Of a DNA stretch of 64,000 nt, positions 52,340-64,000 are shown piece by piece (within the stretch, counting starts at the first letter, position 1; each line of letters opens with the position of its first letter). The stretch lies in contig NC_043014.1 in NCBI RefSeq assembly GCF_006345805.1, forward strand, positions 20,150,001 through 20,214,000. The letters are read 5' to 3'. The notes under the pieces were generated by a model. That model was not told the DNA's origin. It saw only the letters and a list, made by a program, of their open reading frames with translations, and ran no database searches. The position numbers and the translations under genes are program-made. The stretch comes from Octopus sinensis (lineage: Eukaryota).

Positions 52340-54025
52340 GTGTTCCATTATAGTTTTCTATTTAGGCTAGGTTTATATTCTATTATGTGTGTAGCTTCCG
52401 TAATTTTCTAAGCGTCTGATCTATGTGTGGACAAATTTTTAACTTCTATGTTGTTTGATGAGCCCCCGTGTTCCCGTTTGGCACGCTGGTATAGAACCAA
52501 TGAGCTCTTCTCGTCCTTAAGCTCCCTCCAATGGTCATTTACCCGCTCTCCTTTGCTCCGTGCTGTCTCGTCTACGTACGTTGTTGTCTTCTTTCTGCAC
52601 CGACCCTATGTACTTCTTAAACTATAGACTACATTCCTAGCTTTACAGTTTGTTTCTGAGCTAAAGCTACATACAACACAGTTCCTATCAGTACAGGGGG
52701 TTCTACTAAAAGGGTAGGTTCTACCGATTAGAGATTTGATTGGGTTACCTGGCCTTTCTACAACATTATTTCTTAGCTTAAGCTTGTCTAGGTCACTTCT
52801 AAAGTGGTACGCCAGTTCGCCTCTAGGGGTGGTGTCGACGAACGTGACACTTTGGTATTTGTGGCTAACATACTATGAGTTGACTTTCGCTATGTTCTTC
52901 TTAGCCCTTTCAATGGTATTCCATGACTTGCTCCTATAGAGTGGGCAAATCCCATTCCTATCGTTATGTATGATTGTGTCAAATTTCCTCATGGCTCCTT
53001 TATATACTCTGATCTTTTCTCTATGGCTGTATACTAAGACCTGCATACGGTGAACGAAGTATTGTATGTGTCTCTTTAACTCTGTAAGGTCGTACATGCG
53101 GGGTACATTTCTCATTACTCTTATTGAATTTGGCATTGTCCACAATAGCTGACTTCTGGTGGATCAGGTATTTGGAGGTCATAGTGTCAATGGAGGATTT
53201 GGATATCATTATTCACAGTTTCCAGCCAGAATTCTGTATCTAGTACTGGTAGTCTATGGTTAGGGTGTTTCGTTGGGTAGTCTATCGTGACCTTAACACT
53301 CCGGTGGATGGGGTTATCTATTTGCTGGATGCTCTCCATAGTACTAGATTTTATATCTATTTCAAGAGTACGGTGTTGATATCATCGACATAGCGAGAGT
53401 ATATGTTCATGAGTGTGGAGTTCTGTGGTAAGCGTTCTTTAAGCATCCTGTCCCACCATGCCATGAAAAGGTTGGCTACATTACCGGCGATGCTAACCCC
53501 GATGCCCCTTCCCTCATCCTGGGTGTATATTTTGTTGTTAAACTTAAACATGTGTCCTTTTAGGGTAACTGTTATACTAGCTCCTAGTGCATGTGCGATA
53601 ATTTTCTTTACTTGATATTCGTTTTCGGCGGTCCATATGTCTCTGGTCCATCCGCTCCATCTCTGTATAGGGTTCTTCCTAGGAATAGATGTAAGTGTAG
53701 GGGGTATACCTCTTAAACATCTACTGGGGCAGAAACCTCTAAGGTCATATTTGTCTAGATATTCATTGCTATATGTCAGTCCAAATAAGGGGCCCAGTTC
53801 CTCTGTGTTGACACTGCCGAACTCCACTTCACTATCGATGATCATCTCCGCGCACTTCACCGCAAAATCCACGTCGATGTATACGTATAGGGATACCACA
53901 TCCATGCTGCCCACGATACATCCTGTTGCAGTCGTTGATCATCCTGAGGAGATTTTCTGTGCTGTCACAAGCATCTGGTGACATCTGATGACATCTGGGC
54001 AACATGCCCATCTCCAAATACCACA
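52340..54025 (-). pseudogene. Penelope-like element RT + C-terminal GIY-YIG endonuclease, 5'-truncated and decayed
   Basis: RT motifs IVGSMDVVSLY, QDEGRGIGVSIAGNVANLFM, YSRYVDDI and RLPVLD; linker CTDRNCVVC; endonuclease NCKARNVVY...YVDETARS..ER..DH...EHG...TEA..I...PSLNRK. Confidence 0.92.
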
Positions 54026-54032
54026 ATAGATA

Positions 54033-54084
<52 letters not shown>

Positions 54085-57065
54085 ATTTATATAAATTTAG
54101 CATTCTCCAGACTTTCAACAGCGAATGGAGAAGGGCAACAGTAACCAGAACTAAAGCATTCCTTAGAAAAAAAACATTGTAGTCATTATTAGCCTTCGAC
54201 ACAGACTCTCAGATGCCTATACATTGATGTAATTTACTTACACATCCACTCAACCGAAATTGTGCGTGTGTCTGTGTTTGTATGTGTTTGTGTGTGTCTA
54301 CATAATTGATTAAATATTACACTTTCTACATGGATCTAAACACAGACACTACCATTCATCCTTCTAAACAAAACCACAATAAACATAAGATCTTCGACCA
54401 TCAGCCCACAGATATAAACAAAACATTACTGATAGCATCAGGGAAACTTCTCTGCACTGCAGCAAAATGTAACTATGTTGAAAAACAAACTAAATTACTT
54501 AGAACATCCTATACAAAACAATATTTACCATAGAAACAGGAATATAATAAGATATAACCCTTCTTGTAGCATTAACGTATCATACTATTTCCCGAATCCT
54601 CTAGTCTTCGCATTTTAGGTTTAACATTTTGTAAACAACTTACAAAGATTGAGTATATTAGCTCTATTGATAAATTAGCCACTGTGGTATTTGATTCCCG
54701 ATAACAAGTTTGTGATTATCTTTCTTCTGAATGTATTATTTGTTTTTATATTATCTATCTTCCATACATTCTCTCCTGTACGGAATACTATAGTTATCTT
54801 TAGACTGATGCCTTCACTTGGATTCTGTGTATCTTTGGTTGAATTCAAAAGTATTATTGTTCTTGTTCTTGACAAGTGGTTTTCAACTCCTCCCTCATCT
54901 CCGAGACACTGCTTCTATGCCTATTCTATAGATACGTCTATGGTTACACATATATTTGTTCATATTTCGTCCCAGCAGATTCAAACGTGAATATCTTAAT
55001 TGCTGTTCTATCCTGTCAATGTAGAACAAAAACGTCTTTCACCATGTACATGGTTTATTCGATTTATCTCCATGAATGTTATTATGCAAGACTGCATCCT
55101 CTTAACGTTACTTATTATGGGACTCGGCCTTCTTCTAATTTCCATAATTTCACTATACTGTCCTTTGCTGAAAGAAGTATTTCTATTCTAGTAGCTTCTT
55201 ATCTCAAGCCTATGCCTTATGCAAGCCACTGTCATTTGCTTCATTTCGTTTCTCCAAATAAATATGGTCAAAATTCTTATAAATCTTGCCTTTATTGTTT
55301 CATGAACTTTTGGACAGTTTGTCATTAGATGTCTTTCTTTTTCTTTCGTGACTCCCAAAATGCAAAGTGGTTGCTTCAAGCCTATTTTACTTCTAATTAC
55401 TTGCCGCTTTGTCAGGAATAATGATGATGATGATGATGATGATGATAATAATAATAACAACAACAACAACAGCAACAACAATAATAATAATGATAATAAT
55501 GATAATAGAAAATTAACATGGGAAGGACACACTTCCTCACCCTACAAAATATTTCACGACAATTCTATAGAAAATAATTATAGTTGATTCGATATCATAA
55601 ACTCACAGATTTCTAACTCGTAGCAAGCACATAAATATATCGCACAATCAAAACGACTTGAATGCAAATGGAAGAATACACTAAACTGCTCCTTTAATGA
55701 AAGTTTTCTATTGAAGACGCTGTCTTATAATGATGATATAATATCTAAACTTGAACTGAATTAGGATATAGAATACACTGTGTTAATAGAAAACTACATA
55801 CTGAGCTTACGGGAATAAAAGTAATTTATCATCCTCCTCAGTGAAATATTGTACCCAAAAACCGAATAAACGATGTCCCAGTGACATAGTTTTAAAACTA
55901 AACGGATGCAATTGATACATAATTGTTACAATTGAAACGATGTTTCTGACAATGCGTTAAATAAGAGAGACAAGATGATTTCCCATTATTTTATTTTTTA
56001 GAGCTCTTAAACACACCTCTCTACTGTCTAAGACAGCAAGAAGAAAAGAAAGAGGAAAGAGATAAGACTAAATCTAGTCTGTTGAAAGAAATGTGGTTAG
56101 ATGTCCTTTACAAATAAGCGCCCAAACCTGATGGAGTGCCTGAAATTCATAGCATTTTGAATGAAGTTTTACAACCTACTTAATATGATAATGAACCTAC
56201 AATAAAACAAAACAAATAGTATGTCAACTGAAGATATTTAGGACAAATAATAAGAGCTCCTGTAAAATAAGATGGTCTATGAACTGTGCACAGTATGTTG
56301 AACTCTTCAATGTGTTGCTAAATACGAAAATACTCTTAAGCAAATCCAGGGAACCCGGTCGGTAAGTAATGCTGGGGGAAAGTGATCAAACTTATAGAAT
56401 GATCTAATCTTATCTGGATGGCGCTATCTTAGCGTTGACAATGCTGTTTTATTTTATATTTCGTAAATTTTAAATGATTCAATACGTTGTTTTACGTTTT
56501 TGTCGCACCCATCTATTTATCAATTAAACTTGTACAAGCGTGAACATAAACACCCACGTTGTAACTCTTTAAAACAGATTTATTACGTACATGGTTCCTT
56601 GTGGCCAGTAGAAATGCTATAATTATAATTAGTAGCTGCATTCTTATCGTGCTGGGATTGTTTGTTTATATATCTGTTTGTTTCAGCTTGGTGTTCTATT
56701 CATGATTGGTTGCGATTGATGTTAAATCATAGTTCAAACCTAACTCAGCAGATCCTTGATGACCAAAAGCATACTAGCAATGAGCACTCCATCTTTCTCT
56801 CAGAAATTTCTTATCTAGGATTTCATCATCCAATGTGTCGCTTTGTTTTGAAAAAATGTTAAGGCGAAATTTAAGGAACACTTAATTAATATTTCTAGTA
56901 AATCGAGTGACCACATAAGGGCTCACTCGTTCATTCGTCCGTATTTTTGTTGTTCCACTTACTGTTTGAAATTATAGCTGTTGTTCATCGAGCAAGACCT
57001 TTAGCGAAAACTAGCCCAGTCATGACCATTCCGCCATTTTCTTTTGTAACATCAAAGACTACATA

Positions 57066-57283
57066 AGGCAGTGAGCCAGCAGAATTGTTAGCACCCCAGG
57101 CAAAATGCTTGGCGGCATTTCGTCCGACTATGCGTTCTGAGTTCAAATTCCGCCAAAGTCAGCTTTGCTTTTCCTTCTTTCAGGGTGGATAAAAAATGTA
57201 CCAGTTAAGCACTGGGGTCGATGTAATCGACTTAACCCCTTCCCCGAATTTACTGGCTTTGTGCCAAATTTTGAAAGCAATAT
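57066..57283 (+). mobile_element. SINE family C, full length
   Basis: ggcagtgagccagcagaattgttagcac...gagttcaaattccgcc...ctggggtcgatgtaatcgac. Confidence 0.9.
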
Positions 57284-57471
57284 CTAGGACTACATTATCA
57301 TATATGTCCCTCATCGTTTTATGGTGATGCTGTCGCAGGCGGTGGCGGTAGTAACTTTTGTAGTATAAGGGTAATATGAAGAAGATTCGATTTTATACGG
57401 AGGAAGTTGTACGGCACGTGGAAATAGCCGTATTACTCGTTGATCTAATATTTTCTACTACCGATATACAT

Positions 57472-57655
57472 TTGTGGAGGGAAGGGCCCATTTGATTACA
57501 TTAACCCTAATGCTCCATTAGTACCTATTTTATCAACCCTGAAATCATGAGAGGCAAAGTCGACACCGGCGGAATTTGAACTCAGAATGAAAAGACAGAC
57601 GAAATGCTACTTAGCATTTTCTCCGACGCGGTAACGATTCCACTAACTCGCAACC
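57472..57655 (-). mobile_element. SINE family C
   Basis: ggcaaagtcgacaccggcggaatttgaactcag; tail-to-tail with 57066-57283. Confidence 0.85.
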
Positions 57656-57758
57656 CTACTTGTCGATCTAATTGTAGAACAACTCGTTACTAATAATAGT
57701 TGTTGTTGCTCTTTGTGGTTGTTGTTGTTACTAATGTTTTATTTGATTATTATTAATT

Positions 57759-57796
<38 letters not shown>

Positions 57797-58849
57797 TGTC
57801 CCCCTCATCATCATCACCAAGGCGTTGTATTTGAGTAGTTTTAGTATTTAGATACTGCTATTTACGTTCACAGTTCAAATCCCGACAAGGCCAACATGAC
57901 TTTCAACCTTTTCAGGATCGATAAAACAGGAAATACTGAATATCTATCGGATAATTCAAACGAGTGTACACCCAGTTCCCTATGTTAGAAACCATTGTTA
58001 ATATGTTTCTAAGCAGTTTAGGTTGTTTTGCTGTCATGCACAGCCGAACCCAGCTCTGTGTATTTCAAGTCCATTCACTGTTTTCTACTTGTTTCATTTT
58101 ATCGATGTCTTTTCTAAGTAATCTGCATGAAGCACCAAGTACTGCTCTTTTCTATGTTGTGTGTGTCAAACTTTTCTTTACACGACTCTCTGCTCATTTC
58201 TTAAAATGTTTACTTAATATTTTTTAACGTAGAAAGGCTTCCTTTTTTTATCCATACTATTTGGGGTTGTTTCTATTTCGAAATTTTCGTTTTTAGATAA
58301 TTCCTCCGTTTCTTTGGGAAATATATTGCTACCTATTGGAACTGATACAGCGATTAATCGTCCTTACATTTCTGGTGGTGAAGCACCAGTATCGAGCGAT
58401 ATTCATTGACCTTACTTAGTGTGTCTGCGTGCATGTAGATTGACATATATTAACAGAGTAAGATCTATTTTATGATTTTTGCAGAAACTTCAGTTTAATT
58501 TGTAAAAAGTAATTAACAAACAAGCATACAAGACATGATAAAAGAAAAAAAGCAACAACATATTTTCTTTTTTTTTGCCAATGGAATCATAAATAATTTG
58601 CATAAGATTGAGCTAAGGCCTGTCTGAAGCAATATGGCTGGGAATGAATTAGCAGTTAAACTTTAGCCTAAACCTCGGAGCGAAAACTTCACATTAATCT
58701 AGAATAAAATATAAAATATCCAAAATTTGTGCCGTTTAAGTTTCTCGAACTCATCATTTTTTCCACTGCCACTTTTATTATATGCATTCTCTTCAAAACT
58801 AAGCACAGCTCTTCCAGCTTTGTCATGATCAATATTTTGTTTTTGTATT

Positions 58850-59420
58850 TTCTATTGTACTGATAATATAATCAATGTTTAACAGTACTATTTTCTGAAT
58901 TTGATGTATATTATTTAGTCCTTGGATTTTAGTCAGGTATTCGCCTACTTTTAAGTACTCTCAAACCAGAGATTGCCTGCTTTTCTCTCTCCCACCTTTT
59001 TACATCTATCTCCAGATATTTATATTTGGATAATTTATCCATTTCTTTGAAGTTGTATTATCTTCTGTCTACTTCGATTGGAAAGCTTTGCGTTTCCTGG
59101 TCATCACTGACAACAATATCCGGCTTTTTGTTGTTTTGCCTTAATCTCTCTGTGCGCCTTGGTATACCCTATAAAACGGTCGCTTGGTCATTCCTTGACA
59201 CATTTCAAATGTATGTTTATGGTACCGCTTTTTTTATCATTATTTCATAACACTAATTTAATTTCTAATGAACTAAATCCTCATCTCTGTCATGTCTGTG
59301 AATGTATCCCTTTTAGCCCAGACAGAGCAGCTTGAGGCAATGCGAATAATTACCGCTTCTCAGCCTCCAGATGTTCTGCAGTTATCTGATTACTATTATC
59401 ATTGCTATTTGGGTTGATTT
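58850..59420 (-). mobile_element. Old Dong/R4-type LINE 3' remnant
   Basis: Minus-strand peptides YIHRHDR, NDQATVL, KPDIVVSD, MDKLSKYKYLEIDV and IQKIVLL are collinear with the 41180-41765 region. Confidence 0.75.
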
Positions 59421-60137
59421 CTATGAATACTCTTTTAAAATTCTGAAGCATTTAGATACTGAAAACACAGTACAAAATATCTCCGTTCTTTTCTCTTAGC
59501 ACTTCTGAACATCTGTAAGAATGGTTCTCTTTGAAATTAAAATAAACGCAATCCCGCGAGGAGTCTCTTGCCTTGAGGTAGTTGGAAGGAACAAAAAAAG
59601 AAAATCGGACAACAAAAGACAGCTTTAGACGTTTGAAAAAATAAATCTGACACGAAGTGGACAAAATGAATTATCTAAGAATTGAAACATTTAAAGATTG
59701 ATTTGTTTCCATGTTTTGATATAATATATTGATAATTAGTAGAGGTGGCATCGACTATTTGTGTTATATAAACTGTATTCAGTTTATATAACGCAATATA
59801 TACTCAGAACATAAAGAATATTCAAAATATACATTATATAAATTAACCATACAGACCGTATACATTTAGGAAACAAAACATATAATTAGCTTGTAGACCC
59901 AATATGTGCATGCGAGTGTGTGTGAGTAAGTGTGCGCAGGCGCGTGTAATTATATGCGTGGAAGTACAGAGAGAGAAACATAAAGCCAAACGTGTGCTTT
60001 CCACCTTTTGTCATCTCTTTTTGCGAAATACATTCGAAGCTTTATGACTTCCTAGCCTTGGATCTCTGAATCGAACTTAAATGTAATTATAGTTATTCGA
60101 ATTAAAACCTCTTCATTGCATCAGATATGCATTTATA

Positions 60138-60171
<34 letters not shown>

Positions 60172-60251
60172 CATACATACATACATCATACATTCATACT
60201 TACATACATATAATACAAGGTAGAAGGAAAGAAGGAACAAGCTTTAATCCA

Positions 60252-60291
60252 AATCACTTCAAATGTTTCTGTGCATTAGCATCAGGTAATT
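60252..60291 (-). ncRNA. Decayed minimal hammerhead-like motif
   Basis: aattac | CTGATGC | taatgcaca | GAAA | catttg | AA | gtgatt: 6-bp stem I, but A9 and U16.1 are mutated and stem II is weak. Confidence 0.4.
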
Positions 60292-60416
60292 GCTGAGTAT
60301 TTCACGTATTATACATATGATCATATAAATATGATCCAGCAATAGCTGTTTACCTGCACGTCATCAGGTGAGTAGCTTTCAGAGTACAGCTAGATCGCCT
60401 ATAGTTTCCCATACCG

Positions 60417-60450
<34 letters not shown>

Positions 60451-60529
60451 ATAATATTAATAAATAAAACATATGCATATATATACATATATGTACGTAC
60501 CTACCTCTACATGTATATATACACGCATA

Positions 60530-61115
60530 TATGAGTACAGGACAGCAAAAAAACGTCGAACACAATGAGAAACGAAAGCATAGACACAAACCCAAGGAAC
60601 TGGACATTAAACAACAAAAAAATAGAGTACAGGACAAATAACACGAGGAAAAAAACCCCTTCTTCAGTCGCCAAGGTTTCATCTACTCTACGTTTCGAAG
60701 GTGAAGGTGAGACGTATATTCGATAGAAACTTTCCTTCCTGCGAAAAGCAAATCAAATAAAATTTGAGATCATTTTGCAGAGGGGTAAAAATGGTAACAA
60801 AAACAGGACAGTAACGACAGTACAAAATATAAGCAGTAAAAGACAAGACAAGAAGGGCTGTTAACGCCGAACGAAAAAAAGGATTACGAACGCTATTTCT
60901 GTGGACGGCGAAGGGGGCAAAGAAAATTGCCGTCCACACCTTAAGAAGGTCAGGCGAGAAAGAAAGTGGCAAGGCTCTCGTCGCGGGTTAACGGCGGGAG
61001 GGAGGAGGATGAGTAAGAGAAAGGGAGAGAAGAAAGGGGAATGGTTGTGAGGAAACCAGAAAGAATGAAGAATGAGAGAGAGGGAGAGAGAGAGTGAAGA
61101 ATGAAAGAGAGGGAG
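60530..61115 (-). mobile_element. Probable repeat remnant between (TA)n tracts (PLE-UTR-like)
   Basis: Microsatellite flanks, strand-biased composition and a half-hammerhead motif similar to 17790-17850. Confidence 0.35.
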
Positions 61116-61154
<39 letters not shown>

Positions 61155-61180
61155 ATATATACATAGACAGACAGACAGAC

Positions 61181-61247
<67 letters not shown>

Positions 61248-61473
61248 AATCTTGACGTTAATTATTTTTTTTAATAGAATTAGTAACATTCGCTCAAAAA
61301 TGGCTGAAAGCATATACAGTGTAAATGTTTTCAGAGGTAACCTAATAAGTTATGAAGATACACAGATACATGATAAAAGAATTCAGCTAGAGGGCTTCTG
61401 CACAATCATGATATTCCTCATATTGCAAACTTGGTGGTTCGAAAGAAGGCATAATCATCTGTGATACAAGTTT

Positions 61474-61550
<77 letters not shown>

Positions 61551-61571
61551 GTGTGTGTGTGTGTGGTGTGT

Positions 61572-61623
<52 letters not shown>

Positions 61624-61867
61624 GGCTCCGTTGAAACTATAAGGTCTTACTCAGGCACTCCAACTATGAGTCTACTGCATCTCATAGAAGTAACAACTGT
61701 AAACTAATGATGTTCATAAGATAATCGTTTATTTATTTGTGATGTATTTTTCCTATGCATACTTGCGTGTAAGCATACATACATACATACTACATACATA
61801 CATACATACATACATACATACATACATACATGCATACATGTGCGTGTGTGTGTGTGTGTGTGGTGTT

Positions 61868-62147
61868 GAGGCGCAATGGCCCATTGGTTAGGGCAGCGGA
61901 CTCGCGGTTTCGATTCCCAGACCGGGCGTTGTGAGAGTTTATTGAGCAAAAACGCCTAAAAGCTCCACGATGCTCCGGCAGCGGTGGTGGCGATCCCTGC
62001 TGTACTCTTTCGCCACAACTTTCTCTCATTCTTCTGTTGGCCTGCTAGCTTAGCCAGCAAGATGGCGTCATTTGAAGGCTAAAACAATGTGACCGGCGAT
62101 GTGTAGCCACATCTGATAGCCTGGTCGGTTCGCGGTGATCACGATGA
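61868..62147 (+). mobile_element. tRNA-derived SINE family D
   Basis: gaggcgcaatggcccattggttagggcagcggactcg (A box) and ggtttcgattcc (B box); ends in (TA)n. Confidence 0.8.
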
Positions 62148-62216
62148 TATATATATATAATATATATATATTATATATATATATATATATTATATACGCA
62201 CCCATAGAAACATACA

Positions 62217-62430
62217 TATTGGCTTCAAATTTTGGCACAAGGCTAGAAATGTCGGGTGGTGGGCTAAGACGATTACACAGACCCTACTTAACAGGTGCTT
62301 CATTTATGGATCCCAAAAGGTTGAAAATCAAAGACGACTTTAGTGGCATTTGAACTTAGAAAGTAATGTCTGAAGAAATGCCGCTAACAATTTTGTCTGG
62401 CGTGCTTACAATTCTGCCAGCTCACCGCAT
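62217..62430 (-). mobile_element. SINE family C, diverged
   Basis: gcggtgagctggcagaattgtaagcacgccagacaaaa head on the minus strand. Confidence 0.8.
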
Positions 62431-63069
62431 TAGTATACATATTAATGTCTACAGTCTTGCATAAAACAACAAAGCATTTTCTGTTATATTTAAATACAGG
62501 GTTGCAATAATTTTCTTTACTTTTCTTCTTTCTATTTTTTCTTCTACGAGGAAACGACAGACGGTGGTTTCCATGTTTCATCTCATTTGCCTTCAACAAA
62601 CTAAAAATTACTTTAGTTTTAAAATTTAAATTATTTTTGGAATCATATTGTGAGTGGATCATAGAGTTTGCAAATGGGGTGTGATTTAATAGTGTATACT
62701 TGCGGCATAAGAATAAAGCATCTTCATGAACAGATTCATTTCATGAGCAGAAATCAGATGTGAAATCCTATCAGACCCGCCAAACCACTCACATACACTA
62801 AATATGTCTGTTAAGGCAGATTTAAAAAGGTACGTGCGACTGGAAGAATTAAAAAATAATGAAAACATATAAGAAGTGAGAGAATCTAAAAGCCAGATAG
62901 AAGAATATTTTATTAGCCTTAGAGAGAGATGAAGAAATCTTTCTCTCACTCTTCTGTTGAGGTCTTAAATATGTTGACAATTTAATGGCACTGTAGACTC
63001 TATGAACATGAACTGGGCAAGAAATAGGCTGGTACAATACAACAAACTTCAACGTAGGCAGACAAGGAG

Positions 63070-63340
<271 letters not shown>

Positions 63341-63679
63341 CTGTCACGTTTATTCACATACAGAGAAAATACTGTCTAAATTTATGGAAGTATATGAATA
63401 TTTATTAATATCCGGGTTCAATATATGTCTATGTACATACATATAAGAATCTAACTCCCGAAATTTCTGGATTCTTTTTATTTTGTATATTTTTCATTTC
63501 GTGGTGTTCTCATCCATGTTTTTCCAAATAAACAAATACTTGACTTAATAGGATCCGCGGAAGCTATAAGGTGATGCACATGCACTCTGCTATAAGTGCA
63601 TTGCATCATATATCAGAAACAGCGGTAAGCCCTGTAAGGCTCTCTCTCTATCTATATATATATATATACACACACATAT

Positions 63680-64000
63680 AGGCGCAGGAGTGGCTGTGTG
63701 GTGTAAGAAGTTTGCTTCCCTACCACATAGTTCCGAGTTCAGACCCACTGTGTGGTATCTTGAGCAAGTGCCTTCTACTATAGCTTCAGTTCGACCAAAG
63801 CCTTGAGTGGACTTGGTAAACGAAAATTGAAAGAAGCCCCTCATATACATATATGTATTTGTGTGACTGTGTTTGTCCCGCTACCATTGGTGTGTTGATG
63901 GACCTGTAGTTTAGCGGCTCGACTAAAGAGACCGATAGAATAAGTACCAGGAAAAAAATAAGTCCTGGGGTCGATATATTCGACTATAGGTGGTGTTCCA
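63680..64000 (+). mobile_element. SINE family A, runs off the window end
   Basis: aggcgcaggagtggctgtgtgg...gaccgatagaataagtaccag. Confidence 0.92.

Noticed and set aside
52340-54025. Selenoprotein-encoding Naiad-type PLE
   Set aside because: The endonuclease is C-terminal, whereas Naiads have it N-terminal. The stops read in the endonuclease region are TAG/TAA, not TGA, and no SECIS was seen.
54185-54220. ctgaga gtc tgt gtc gaag gc ta as a decayed HHR
   Set aside because: Needs three or more repairs and has no partner copy for support.
54300-56350. Possible further PLE and Dong/R4 coding remnants
   Set aside because: Only vague resemblance (QPTD, PSDIVLK); too decayed to call without a profile search.

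Overview
AT-rich, microsatellite-saturated animal intergenic or intronic DNA. The SINE repertoire and repeat style look like an octopus (coleoid cephalopod) genome; this is an inference from memory, not a database check. No host protein-coding exon, rRNA, tRNA or CRISPR array is supportable, and most ORFs in the track are microsatellite or SINE artefacts. The window holds about 25 tRNA-derived SINE copies from 4-5 families, two mariner elements, two Dong/R4-type LINE remnants, a decayed Penelope-like element (PLE) with RT plus C-terminal GIY-YIG endonuclease, a second PLE endonuclease fragment, a TSD-bounded ORF1-only (HAL1-like) retroelement and a Kolobok-like TIR pair. The main hidden signal is about 15 type I hammerhead-ribozyme (HHR) motifs, intact or decayed, from at least 8 otherwise dissimilar short elements. 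Most sit beside microsatellites and many lie in inverted (fold-back) pairs, the layout known for PLE pseudo-LTRs. Recurring oddities are very long stem II hairpins, palindromic dimer-type stem III, a possible compensated U3-A8 core and one circularly permuted unit. All structures were folded by eye, and many element boundaries are approximate.
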